A stretch of 64,000 nucleotides of DNA from Gemmatimonas sp. Its GTDB lineage: Bacteria; Gemmatimonadota; Gemmatimonadetes; Gemmatimonadales; Gemmatimonadaceae. Numbering within the stretch: position 1 is the stretch's first letter; every line of letters begins with the position of its first letter. The stretch is taken from assembly GCA_965279375.1 (NCBI GenBank), contig OZ257156.1, positions 3,616,001-3,680,000 on the forward strand. Reading direction: 5' to 3'. A program made the translations under genes and the position numbers. Under the pieces are notes generated by a model, which worked only from the letters and a program-made list of their open reading frames with translations, was not told where the DNA came from and did no database searches. This document shows positions 11,161-21,372 of this stretch, piece after piece.

Positions 11161-12381
11161 ATGACCTTCGTAGTTTTCGTCGCGCCGATTTTTTCGCCGG
11201 CCGCGTCCCAGATGATTGAAGCGGCCGCATCGTTGCCGGGAGTGCAGCTGGCGGTCATCGCACAGGAAGCGCTCGAACGCCTCGCGCCGACGATTGCGTC
11301 GCGACTGGTCGGGCACTGGCGCATCGACGACATCACGAGCGCGGCGCACATCGAGGCCGCGGCACGCGAGTTGGCGCAGCGCCACGGCCGCATCGATCGC
11401 CTGTTCGGTGCATTCGAGCAAGCGCAGCTTCCGCTGGCGGTGGTGCGCGAACGACTCGGTATCGAAGGACTGCCGAGCGCGGCGGCCATGAACTTTCGCG
11501 ACAAGTCGCGCATGAAGGACGTGCTGCGCGCGGCCGGTGTGCCGGTCGCGCGCCACCGACTCATTGGTGAACGGGCCGAAGCGCTGTCGTTCGCGCGCGA
11601 GGTCGGATTCCCGATCGTCATCAAGCCACCTGCTGGTGCCGGCGCGATCGCCACACACCGCGTCAACGATGCCGTGTCGCTCGACGCCGTCCTTTCGGCG
11701 TACCCTCCGCACGCCGAACAGCCGATGCTCGCGGAAGAGTTTCTGCGCGGCAGTGAGCACTCGATCGAGACCGTCTCCGTCGGTGGGCGTGCGCTGTGGC
11801 ACTCCATCACGAACTACGCGCCCACGCCGCTGACGGTGATCGAGAATCCATGGATTCAGTGGACGGTGCTGCTGCCGCGCGAAGTGGATGACGCGCGGTT
11901 CGACGACATCCGCGCGGTCGGTGATCGAGCACTGCAGGCACTCGGCATGACGACCGGCGTCTCGCACTGTGAATGGTTCCGTCGCACGGACGGCTCGGTC
12001 GCCATCAGCGAAATCGCTGCCCGTCCGCCGGGCGCGCAGATCACCACCATGATCGCGCGCGCGCACGAGATCGACTTCGTGCGCGCCTGGACGCGCCTCA
12101 TGATTTTCGGCCAGTTCTCCATTCCCGAACGCCGCTACGCGGTCGGCACCGCCTACCTTCGCGGCCAGGGGAAGGGACACGTCGTCGCCGTCGACGGGCT
12201 CGATATCGTCCAGCGCGAAGTGGGCGCCCTCATCTGCGACATGCGGCTGCCAGAGCGCGGACAGCCGCAAAGTGCGTCCTACGAAGGCGAAGGCTTCATC
12301 ATCGTGCGGCACGCCGAGACCAAGGTGGTCGAGCGGGCGCTGCAACTCATTGTTTCCGCGGTTCGCGTGCGCCTCGGCTGA
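11161..12381 (+). CDS. ATP-grasp ligase (L-amino-acid/carboxylate-amine ligase-like)
   Basis: 'FRDKSRMK', 'GFPIVIKPPAGAG', 'EEFLRG', 'SHCEWF', 'EIAARPPG'. Confidence 0.85.
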   Translation: MTFVVFVAPIFSPAASQMIEAAASLPGVQLAVIAQEALERLAPTIASRLVGHWRIDDITSAAHIEAAARELAQRHGRIDRLFGAFEQAQLPLAVVRERLGIEGLPSAAAMNFRDKSRMKDVLRAAGVPVARHRLIGERAEALSFAREVGFPIVIKPPAGAGAIATHRVNDAVSLDAVLSAYPPHAEQPMLAEEFLRGSEHSIETVSVGGRALWHSITNYAPTPLTVIENPWIQWTVLLPREVDDARFDDIRAVGDRALQALGMTTGVSHCEWFRRTDGSVAISEIAARPPGAQITTMIARAHEIDFVRAWTRLMIFGQFSIPERRYAVGTAYLRGQGKGHVVAVDGLDIVQREVGALICDMRLPERGQPQSASYEGEGFIIVRHAETKVVERALQLIVSAVRVRLG

Positions 12382-12417
12382 GCGCGCATCGTCCAGGTAC
12401 TCCTCACACCATCGCCA

Positions 12418-13644
12418 ATGTCCAAGACCGTCCTCATGCTGACTCCGGGCTACCCCGGGGAAATGCCGCTCTTCACGAAGGGGCTCGCCGAGCATGGCGC
12501 CACGGTGCTCGGTGTGGCGAACGGGCCGGCGCACGAACTGCCCGAGCACGCACGTCGGTATCTGAGCGACTACCTGCAGGTGCCGGATCTGTTCACCAAT
12601 CCGGACTCCGCCATCGTGCAGATCCGGCATTGGCTGCGCGGCCGTACGCTCGATCGTGTCTGCTGCCTCTGGGAGCCGGGCGTCGAGATCGCCGCGCAGA
12701 TCCGCGAAGCACTCGGCGTGCCGGGACAGTCGTATGAGCAATCGCTCAAGTTTCGCAACAAGGACCTCATGAAGCAGGCGCTCGCGGCCGGCGGCGTGCG
12801 GGTGCCGCGCCATGAAGTGGCGCATACGGCGAAGGAGGTCTTTGAGGGCGCGGAAAAGATCGGCTATCCGCTGATCATCAAGCCCATTGCCGGCGCGGGC
12901 TCGATGGACACGTTCCGCTGCGATTCGATCGCCGAAGTCGAGGCCGCTGTCGCGCAACTCGGGCACATCGCGATCGTCGATATCGAAGAGTTCATCGATG
13001 GCGAGGAGTACACGTACGACACGATCTGCGCGAACGGCGAGATCCAGTACTTCCACATCGGCTTCTATCGGCCGCGCCCGCTCATCGCTCGCACGAACGA
13101 GTGGATCAGTCCGCAGACGCTCAGCTACCGCAACGTGGACGATCCCAAGCTGGCCGGTGGGCGCGCCATGGGTGAGCAAGTGCTCAAGGTGCTCGGCTAC
13201 GAGCACGGCTTCACGCACATGGAGTGGTACCGCAAGTCGGACGGCGAAGCGGTGTTTGGCGAAGTGGCGGCGCGCCCGCCCGGAGCGCGCACCGTCGACC
13301 TGATGAACTACGCCAGCGACGTCGATCTCTTCGCCGCCTGGGCCGAGGCTGAGCTGTTCGGCACGTTCACGCCGAAGATCGAGCGCAAGTACAACTGCGC
13401 CTGTATCACGAAACGGGCACACGGGCAGGGTCGCATCCAACGCATCGAGGGGCTCGATCGAGTCCGCGCGTTGGCCGGAGATGCCCTATGCACCGTGGAT
13501 ATGCTGCCCATCGGGAGTCCACGGCGCGACTGGAAGAGCACGCTCCTGTCGGACGGGTACGTGACCCTCCGGCATCCGGACTGGCAGACCACGATCGACC
13601 TCGCCGACTTCGTAGGAACGGAGCTGAACCTCTACGCCAGCTGA
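12418..13644 (+). CDS. ATP-grasp ligase, paralog of the preceding gene
   Basis: 'FRNKDLMK', 'GYPLIIKPIAGAGS', 'EEFIDG', 'THMEWY', 'EVAARPPG'. Confidence 0.85.
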   Translation: MSKTVLMLTPGYPGEMPLFTKGLAEHGATVLGVANGPAHELPEHARRYLSDYLQVPDLFTNPDSAIVQIRHWLRGRTLDRVCCLWEPGVEIAAQIREALGVPGQSYEQSLKFRNKDLMKQALAAGGVRVPRHEVAHTAKEVFEGAEKIGYPLIIKPIAGAGSMDTFRCDSIAEVEAAVAQLGHIAIVDIEEFIDGEEYTYDTICANGEIQYFHIGFYRPRPLIARTNEWISPQTLSYRNVDDPKLAGGRAMGEQVLKVLGYEHGFTHMEWYRKSDGEAVFGEVAARPPGARTVDLMNYASDVDLFAAWAEAELFGTFTPKIERKYNCACITKRAHGQGRIQRIEGLDRVRALAGDALCTVDMLPIGSPRRDWKSTLLSDGYVTLRHPDWQTTIDLADFVGTELNLYAS

Positions 13645-13705
13645 CCCCTTGCGCCGGCCTCGGCGTGCGTCGGATGTGGCGCCGAGGCCGCAGGTGCAGT
13701 GGGGT
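13644..13705. repeat. Long imperfect inverted repeat after the ATP-grasp pair
   Basis: CGGCCTCGGCG (13655-13665)/CGCCGAGGCCG (13680-13690), outer ACCCC/GGGGT. Confidence 0.6.
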
Positions 13706-13849
13706 GCAAGCAACGATTCGCCTGTCGCTTGAAGTGCGGTACGTGGGGAAGCGGGGTCTGCCGTGGTCGGCACAGCCTTTGCTCTTCGAGGGGTCGTGGA
13801 GGGTCCGCATGCGGCGGATCGCTCGCAGTGCCTCTGGCCCGGAAGAACG

Positions 13850-14323
13850 ATGTCGAGAATCCTCGAAGAGCCGCCGATCGAACCTGTGCGCGGCTATTTC
13901 TCGCAGCTGTGCGTGATGCTCACGGGGATTGCCTCCGGCTTGGTGGAACCGACTGCGGGTGACGCCCTCCGCTCGCCGACCTACCTGATGGGCCGCCGCG
14001 ACGGCTATCACGTGGTGGTGTCACATCTCGCGTGCAGTCGCACCCTCCGGGATGCCGCGGACAAGTGCCTCGCCTTCGGGCGCGGCGTGGAGGAGCGCGC
14101 CGCGACGCACCCCTACGGCCCGGATTGGAGCCAGGGCTTCACCGAGGCCACGATGGACGCGGCCAGCGACATCGCCATGTACGCGGCCACGCAGACGCTG
14201 CCGCTGGTGGACAAGGCTCGCCTCCGCGCCGCCCGCATCGCCGCCCGCCACGCCACGATGTCGGGCGCCTGGCCGGCGAAGCCGGTCAAGCCGGACGCCC
14301 CCTCGGCGCACCGGGACCGCTAG
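13850..14323 (+). CDS. Hypothetical protein
   Basis: GC3-rich coding-like codons from ATG 13850; no recognisable motif. Confidence 0.5.
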   Translation: MSRILEEPPIEPVRGYFSQLCVMLTGIASGLVEPTAGDALRSPTYLMGRRDGYHVVVSHLACSRTLRDAADKCLAFGRGVEERAATHPYGPDWSQGFTEATMDAASDIAMYAATQTLPLVDKARLRAARIAARHATMSGAWPAKPVKPDAPSAHRDR

Positions 14324-14386
14324 CTACGCGGGGCGGGGGAGAGCGGCGCGTCGAAATCGGCGCGATTTCTCTCCCGCTGCCCGTAG
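14324..14386. repeat. Long imperfect hairpin between the orphan ORF and pyrR
   Basis: CTACG...GCGGGGGAGAG / CTCTCCCGC...CGTAG with inner CGCGTCGA/TCGGCGCG. Confidence 0.55.
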
Positions 14387-14419
14387 GGAAATGGCGTTTG
14401 GCCGGTATATTCTCCGGCC

Positions 14420-14971
14420 ATGACCAACAAGCCAGACGTGCTCCTCGACGCGCGTGCACTCGATCGCACGCTGCGTCGCATGGCAGACCAAATATTGGAA
14501 CTGAACGCCGGGACCGACGGGCTCGTGCTCGTCGGCATCCAGCGGCGCGGGGTACAGCTCGCCGAGCGCCTCGTCCGCATCATCGAGGCGCAGGAACAGG
14601 TGACGGTCCCCTGCGGCGCGCTCGACATCACGCTGTACCGCGATGACCTGCAGACCGTCGGGCCGCGTCCCGTCGTGGGCGCAACGCACCTGCCATGGAC
14701 GCTCGACGATCAGCGCGTCGTCATCGTGGACGATGTGCTCTACACGGGGCGAACGATCCGCGCGGCGCTCGACGAACTCGCCGACTTCGGTCGGCCAGCA
14801 CGAATCGCACTGGCGGTACTGATCGATCGCGGCGGACGCGAATTGCCGATCCATGCCGACGTCGTGGGACGCAAGATCGAACTCGGCGGCCGACAGCGCG
14901 TGGATGTGTTCATCGAGGAACTCGATGGACGCGACGAGGTGGTCATCGCCTCTCGTAACATCGAGGACTGA
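14420..14971 (+). CDS. pyrR: PyrR regulator / uracil phosphoribosyltransferase
   Basis: 'LDITLYRDD', '[14 protein letters not shown]', 'DRGGRELPI'. Confidence 0.95.
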   Translation: MTNKPDVLLDARALDRTLRRMADQILELNAGTDGLVLVGIQRRGVQLAERLVRIIEAQEQVTVPCGALDITLYRDDLQTVGPRPVVGATHLPWTLDDQRVVIVDDVLYTGRTIRAALDELADFGRPARIALAVLIDRGGRELPIHADVVGRKIELGGRQRVDVFIEELDGRDEVVIASRNIED

Positions 14972-14973
14972 CC

Positions 14974-15933
14974 ATGGCCGGTTCTCTTGGGAAGGACCTG
15001 CTCGGACTCGCAGATCTCACGGCCGATCAGATTCGACTCGTGCTCGATACCGCCGTGCCGTTCCGCGAAATCTCCGAGCGACAGATCAAGAAGGTGCCGA
15101 CGCTGCGCGGCATGACGATCGTCAACCTCTTCTTCGAGCCGTCCACGCGTACGCGCATCTCGTTCGAGTTCGCCGAGAAACGATTGAGCGCCGATACCGT
15201 CAACGTGGCGGTTGCGGGATCGAGCGTGTCCAAGGGCGAGACGCTCGTGGACACGGCCCGCAATCTCGAGGCGATGAAGATCGACATGGTCGTCATTCGC
15301 CACCCGGCTTCAGGCGCCGCCAAGTTCCTCGCTGAGCGCATCGAGTCGAATGTCATCAACGCGGGCGACGGCACCCACGAGCATCCCACACAGGGACTGC
15401 TCGACATGCTGACGCTGCGCGATCGCTTCGGCGATCTCACCGGCAAGCGTATCTGCATCTGCGGCGACGTGCTGCACTCGCGCGTCGCGCGCTCAAACAT
15501 CTGGGGCCTCACCAAGCTCGGTGCCGAAGTCGCCGTGTGTGGTCCGCGCTCGTTGCTGCCCAACGCCATTGGCGAGATGGGAGTGACCGTCTTCGATCGC
15601 ATCGAGGACGCCATCCAGTGGGCCGACGCGCTGAACATCTTGCGACTCCAGCTCGAGCGCATGCAGGCCGGCTACATCCCGTCGCAGCGCGAGTACAATC
15701 GTGTCTTTGGCGTTACCCGTGCGCGGTTGGAGCAAGCGCCGCGCGATCTTCTCATCCTGCATCCCGGTCCGATGAATCGCGGCGTGGAAATCGACAGTGA
15801 CGTGGCAGACGGACCGCATTCCGTCATCCTCAATCAGGTGACGAATGGCGTGGCCGTTCGCATGGCGGTGCTCTATCTGCTCGCTGGCGGACGCCCGGAA
15901 CTGGCCGAAGCCGCCAAGCGGGGAAGCGCCTGA
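14974..15933 (+). CDS. pyrB: Aspartate carbamoyltransferase
   Basis: 'FFEPSTRT', 'HEHPTQ', 'HPGP'. Confidence 0.97.
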   Translation: MAGSLGKDLLGLADLTADQIRLVLDTAVPFREISERQIKKVPTLRGMTIVNLFFEPSTRTRISFEFAEKRLSADTVNVAVAGSSVSKGETLVDTARNLEAMKIDMVVIRHPASGAAKFLAERIESNVINAGDGTHEHPTQGLLDMLTLRDRFGDLTGKRICICGDVLHSRVARSNIWGLTKLGAEVAVCGPRSLLPNAIGEMGVTVFDRIEDAIQWADALNILRLQLERMQAGYIPSQREYNRVFGVTRARLEQAPRDLLILHPGPMNRGVEIDSDVADGPHSVILNQVTNGVAVRMAVLYLLAGGRPELAEAAKRGSA

Positions 15934-17222
15934 TGTCTCGTGATCTCTTGCTGCGCGGCGGACGCATTGTCGATCCGTCTCAGGGGCTCGACGCCACGGG
16001 CGATCTGCTGTTGCGCAACGGCGTCGTCGAGGCGTGCGGTGGTACCATCAATGCGCCAGACGGCGCCGAGGTGATCGACGTCTCCGGACACGTCGTCGCG
16101 CCGGGTCTCATCGATGTCCACGTGCACCTGCGCGAGCCTGGCCGCGAAGACGTGGAAACCGTGTCGACGGGTGCGCATTCCGCGGTGGCCGGCGGCTTCA
16201 CTGCGGTGTGTGCGATGCCCAACACGCGTCCCGTGACGGACAATCAGGCGACCGTCGGCTTCGTGAAGCGACAGGGTGAAGCGGCGGGCTATGCGCGTGT
16301 TTACCCGTATGGCGCGATCTCCGTGTCGCAGAAGGGCGAGACGCTCGCGGAGCTCGGTGAGATGGTGGGCGCCGGCGCGGTCGCGTTCAGCGACGACGGA
16401 CGTCCGGTGGAGAGTGCGCATCTGATGCGCACAGCCCTCGAGTACGCGCGTGCTTTCAACGTGCCCGTCGCCGAACACTGCGAAGACATGTCGCTCGCGC
16501 GCGGTGGCTCGATGAACGAAGGGCTCATGTCCGCCAAGCTTGGCCTCAAGGGCATTCCGGCCGAAGCGGAGGAGATCTACGTCATTCGGGACATCCTGCT
16601 CGCCAAGCGCACTGGTGGTCACATTCACCTGTGTCACTTGAGCACCAAGGGATCTGTCGAGCTGGTGCGGTGGGGCAAGGAGCGCGGCATCAACGTGACG
16701 GCAGAGGTGTGTTCGCACCACATCTCGCTCACGGAAGATGCGGTGGATGGCTACAACACCAACGCCAAGATGAATCCGCCGCTGCGCACACAGGAAGACA
16801 TCGACGCGCTGCAGCAGGGGCTCGCCGATGGCACGATCGATCTGCTCGTCACCGATCATGCGCCGCACCACTACGACGAAAAGGAACGCGAGTTCGCTGA
16901 TGCCCCCAATGGCATCGTTGGACTTGAAACGGCGCTCGGCGTGAACACGACGTACCTGCTGCATCGCGGAGTGCTCTCGATGTCGCAGATGGTCGACGCG
17001 ATGAGCTGCAAGCCGGCCAAGGTGTTTCACCTGCCGGGCGGCACGCTGGCGCGCGGCTCCATCGCGGATGTCTCGGTCTTCGATCCAACGCGCAAATGGA
17101 CCGTTGACGCCTCGCGCTTCAAGTCCAAGGGACGCAACACGCCGTACGGCGGGCACGAGTTCACGGGACAGGCGCGCATCACGATCGTTGGCGGACGCGT
17201 CGTGTATCGCGCCGACGCGTAA
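15933..17222 (+). CDS. pyrC: Dihydroorotase
   Basis: 'DVHVHLREPG', 'MPNT', 'KMNPPLR', 'TDHAPH'. Confidence 0.95.
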   Translation: MSRDLLLRGGRIVDPSQGLDATGDLLLRNGVVEACGGTINAPDGAEVIDVSGHVVAPGLIDVHVHLREPGREDVETVSTGAHSAVAGGFTAVCAMPNTRPVTDNQATVGFVKRQGEAAGYARVYPYGAISVSQKGETLAELGEMVGAGAVAFSDDGRPVESAHLMRTALEYARAFNVPVAEHCEDMSLARGGSMNEGLMSAKLGLKGIPAEAEEIYVIRDILLAKRTGGHIHLCHLSTKGSVELVRWGKERGINVTAEVCSHHISLTEDAVDGYNTNAKMNPPLRTQEDIDALQQGLADGTIDLLVTDHAPHHYDEKEREFADAPNGIVGLETALGVNTTYLLHRGVLSMSQMVDAMSCKPAKVFHLPGGTLARGSIADVSVFDPTRKWTVDASRFKSKGRNTPYGGHEFTGQARITIVGGRVVYRADA

Positions 17223-17245
17223 CGGCGCACCCGGCAAGACGACAC

Positions 17246-18001
17246 GTGAGCGGGAAGTCGGAGCCTGAGGTGGTGGCCTTCGATGCGGAGGAGTTTCGCT
17301 CCGCGTCGGAGGCATTGGCTGACGCCTGTCGCCGACTGCACGCGCGCGGACTGCTGGCGGGGGCGGAAGGGAATCTCTCGATGCGGCTGCGCAGCGGGCA
17401 CTTCGCCGTGACCGCATCGGGCATCGACAAGGCGCTCGTGTCGGCCGAAGACATTCTGTGCCTTCATGCCGACGGAACACTTCGTCACGGCGCAACGGCG
17501 CACGACGTGACGCGTGACACATCGTCGGGTGACATGGCTCGGCGCCCGTCGTCGGAGTTGGGGATGCATCTCGCTTGCTACGCCGCGCGACCGGACGTCG
17601 CTGCGGTGGTGCACGCGCATCCTCCAGTGGCGACGGGCTTTGCGACGGCCGGTCGCCCGCTGCCGCAGAACGTGCTTCCCGAGTTGCCTGTGGTCGTGGG
17701 ACCCGTGGCGTTGGTGCCGTACGGCAGGCCGGGCACACCGGCGCTCGCGGAGGCCATGGCGCCCTTCCTCGCACACCACGAGGGGTTCCTGCTGGCGAAC
17801 CATGGCGTCACTGCACTCGGCCACTCGTTGACCGACGCCGTGCTGCGCATGGAAAGCATCGAACAAGGGGCACGCATTCTCTTCGTCGCGCAGTTGCTGG
17901 GCGGAGCGCAGGAACTATCGAACGACGAGTGCGCGGCGCTGCAAGCACTACGACGGCGCGCCGCAGTCGGCGTAGCCGAGGTTGGTGCAGGGAACGCTTG
18001 A
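17246..18001 (+). CDS. Class II aldolase/adducin family protein
   Basis: 'EGNLS', 'PSSE...H', 'VVHAHP', 'LLANHG'. Confidence 0.88.
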   Translation: MSGKSEPEVVAFDAEEFRSASEALADACRRLHARGLLAGAEGNLSMRLRSGHFAVTASGIDKALVSAEDILCLHADGTLRHGATAHDVTRDTSSGDMARRPSSELGMHLACYAARPDVAAVVHAHPPVATGFATAGRPLPQNVLPELPVVVGPVALVPYGRPGTPALAEAMAPFLAHHEGFLLANHGVTALGHSLTDAVLRMESIEQGARILFVAQLLGGAQELSNDECAALQALRRRAAVGVAEVGAGNA

Positions 18002-18131
18002 TGTCGCTGCGGGTCCCACGCGAGTGGCGCGGCTGCAGGCTTGCGATGTAGATCACACGGGAAGGCGGTCGCACTCAGCCATATTCGTTGAGTGAGCCGC
18101 TTGGCCGACTTTCAGGAAGGAGTTGCTCGAC

Positions 18132-19367
18132 GTGTCCATCGAGGATGTCCGCACGCTGGTTGCAGAACGCCAGCGCTACGACGACTGGCTCGCTTCGCTC
18201 GACGCAAAGCGTGCCGACACGCCTGTGCGCGTCTTCGAACGCGTGTACGGCGACTACGCGGCGCGTCGCTCCGCGGTGGTGGAACGGCTGCGCGAGCATC
18301 TGGGGCCGCTGGCGTCGCTTGGAGCCGATCTCGACGCGCGCATTCAGGCGCTCGACTCGGAGCTCGCGACGCACGAAGACGAGCGAGCGGAAGCCATGCT
18401 GCGAACCGCGGTGGGTGAGTTCGACGCGGAGCGCTGGGAACTCGTGCGTCTCGAAGTCGAGGCGAGCATCGCGAAGCTCGAAACCCAGCGCGACGAACTT
18501 CGCGCCGAGATCGAGGATGTGCGATCGCTCCTCGCGAGTGCGCAGAGCGGCCAGGAACCGGAAATCGTTGACGATGTCGCCGAAGACGCGCTCGTTCCGA
18601 TCGAGGAGACTGCCGCCGTCGACGTGCCCGTCGTCACGCAGGCGCAGGCGGACGGAGCTGCAGATGGAGCCTCGGACGTTGTCGCCGACCAGTCGGTGAT
18701 CGACGATCCGGCGCTCGTGGCGGTGGTTTCGCCGACGCCCGCCGCGGATCTGCCAGCAGTCTTCGAAGCGGAGACGACCTCGGCGACGCCGAGCTTCCTC
18801 TCCGAGCTCGTGGCGCCTACGCCTTCAGCAACACCCGCTGTGTCGGAGATGGAGCCGATCGACGTAGGGGAGCCTGCGTGGCTGCTTCCGCAGACGTCGC
18901 CTCGCCCGGCGGCTGACACGACGCCCGTGTCGATCGAGTCGATCGCTGCGGCCGATGATCTCGACGGCACCGACTTCGATGATGCGCTCGCACTGTTCTC
19001 GCCGAGTCCGCGCCAGCCGGTTGACGAGCCGCCGCCATCGGACGGTCGGACGGTCAATCTCCTCGATCAGTACGCAGCGGAGGATGATCTCGTCGAGCGC
19101 GTGCTTCCGACCGGCTCCACGGGGCCTTTCAGCGAGTCAGCGACGGCTCCTGCAACCGCTCGCACGACGGACGACGCCGCGCGCGACCCGTTCGACGATC
19201 TCGCGTTCCTGCGCTCGGTCATCGACCCTGCCACGCAGGGCGGCAGCACTCGCAGCTCGGCGTCCGGCGAGCAGCAGAAGACTCTGCGCTGCACCGAGTG
19301 CGGCACGATGAACTTCCCGACCGAATGGTATTGCGAGCGATGCGGGGGCGAGCTGGCGGCGTTCTAG
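18132..19367 (+). CDS. Hypothetical protein: coiled coil, acidic low-complexity linker, C-terminal C4 zinc ribbon
   Basis: RBS AAGGAG; 'CTECG...WYCERCG'; start TTG 18123 or GTG 18132. Confidence 0.8.
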   Translation: MSIEDVRTLVAERQRYDDWLASLDAKRADTPVRVFERVYGDYAARRSAVVERLREHLGPLASLGADLDARIQALDSELATHEDERAEAMLRTAVGEFDAERWELVRLEVEASIAKLETQRDELRAEIEDVRSLLASAQSGQEPEIVDDVAEDALVPIEETAAVDVPVVTQAQADGAADGASDVVADQSVIDDPALVAVVSPTPAADLPAVFEAETTSATPSFLSELVAPTPSATPAVSEMEPIDVGEPAWLLPQTSPRPAADTTPVSIESIAAADDLDGTDFDDALALFSPSPRQPVDEPPPSDGRTVNLLDQYAAEDDLVERVLPTGSTGPFSESATAPATARTTDDAARDPFDDLAFLRSVIDPATQGGSTRSSASGEQQKTLRCTECGTMNFPTEWYCERCGGELAAF

Positions 19368-19393
19368 CGCCCACTCGACCTGCATGAAAACAG

Positions 19394-19426
19394 ACAGGGC
19401 CGGAATCCTAAGGATTCCGGCCCTGT
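19394..19426. terminator. Hairpin between convergent genes (probably bidirectional terminator)
   Basis: 15-bp perfect stem ACAGGGCCGGAATCC/GGATTCCGGCCCTGT. Confidence 0.8.
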
Positions 19427-19450
19427 TGGCGTTACGGTGTGGCTCTAGAC

Positions 19451-19696
19451 TCAGGCGCTCTTCGCGGCGAGCTTTGCGATCTGGCTCTTCTGGCGGGCGG
19501 CCGTGTTGCGATGGATGAGCCCCTTGCGCGCCGAACGGTCGAGCAGCGAAACCGCGCTCAGCTGTTCGCCCGCATCCGCGCCCGCCGTCTTCGCCTTCTT
19601 GACGGCCGTACGCAGGGCAGACCGCTGCGCGCGATTGCGCACTGCCGCTGCACGCGACTTCCGCAGGTCCTTCTTCGAAGACTTGATATTCGGCAC
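19451..19696 (-). CDS. rpsT: 30S ribosomal protein S20
   Basis: GTG start 'PNIKSSKKDLR', 'KGLIHRNTAARQKS'; RBS GGAG. Confidence 0.96.
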   Translation of the reverse strand: MPNIKSSKKDLRKSRAAAVRNRAQRSALRTAVKKAKTAGADAGEQLSAVSLLDRSARKGLIHRNTAARQKSQIAKLAAKSA

Positions 19697-19784
19697 GAAA
19701 AACTCTCCAGCTGCGTAGCAGAGAAACGGGACAGACCGGACGGACCGGCTCGATGGCGCCGAGACAATCGTCGGCAGACTGGGA

Positions 19785-19813
19785 AACGTATTACACGCCA
19801 GCACTTGGGTCAA
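19785..19813 (-). promoter_or_regulatory. rpsT promoter TTGACC-N17-TACGTT
   Basis: Minus strand -35 19813-19808, -10 19790-19785. Confidence 0.65.
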
Positions 19814-19857
19814 GAACCCCCGAGCGATCCGAGGTCTGAAAGGTGGTCACGCAAATT

Positions 19858-19886
19858 TTGACACCCGGGTTGTCCACAACTACGTT
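19858..19886 (+). promoter_or_regulatory. Promoter TTGACA-N17-TACGTT containing DnaA-box-like TTGTCCACA
   Basis: -35 19858-19863, -10 19881-19886, 9-mer 19870-19878. Confidence 0.65.
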
Positions 19887-19942
19887 GCAGTTCGGATTTG
19901 CTTGCAATCACCGGTCGTGAGACCCTTTGCCCCCCGCCGCGC

Positions 19943-20622
<680 letters not shown>

Positions 20623-20626
<4 letters not shown>

Positions 20627-21372
20627 TCGCTCCCAATTTTCGCGTCCTCGACGCGGACACTCCGACCTTCGTCGTTGAGCTGAGCCAGTTCACTGGTCCG
20701 CTCGATCTCCTGCTCTCGCTCATTCGCGACGAACAGGTGGACATCTACGACATTCCGATCGCGCGTATCGCCGAGCAGTTCCTCGCGCGCATCGGTTCGC
20801 TCGGTCTCGACGAGGCCGCTGACTACCTCGAAATGGCGGCACGCCTGCTCCGCATCAAGGCGCAGATGCTGCTGCCCAGAGCCGACGGCGAGGATCAGTG
20901 GGAGGATCCGCGCGCTGAGTTGGTACGTCGCTTGCTCGAGTATCAGCAGATGCGCGAGGTGGTCGACCTCCTCGAGCATCGTGGCGAGGAGCGTCGCCAC
21001 CAATTCAGCCGTCGTTGGGTGCCGCAGGCGGCGGACATCACACCGATTTCCGCTCCACTGTCACTGACCCTTGGCGAGCTGTTGTCTGCGGTGGATCGCG
21101 TGCTTCGTACCGCCAAGGAGCCTACGGTCCATGACGTCGTGCCGCGCGCCATCGACGTGGCCGGTGCGATGGGTACCATTCGCTCCGTGCTTGCACTGCG
21201 CCGCGATGCGCGTTGGTCCGATCTGATCGGTCGCGACGCCGAACCGTGGCAGATTCTCTCCGTGTTGCTCGCGTTGCTTGAAATGGCGAAGCTGGGTGAA
21301 TTGCGGATCGCGCAGCCCCGTCCCTTTGCCTCTGTGGAGATCCGCCGTGACGCCATTAGCGAAGCTGCTTGA
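20623..21372 (+). CDS. scpA: Segregation/condensation protein A (kleisin)
   Basis: 'FTGPLDLLLSLI', 'LLRIKAQMLLP', 'LALLEMAK'. Confidence 0.93.

Noticed and set aside
13644..14386. Hairpins as integron attC sites
   Set aside because: No RYYYAAC/GTTRRRY ends and no integrase
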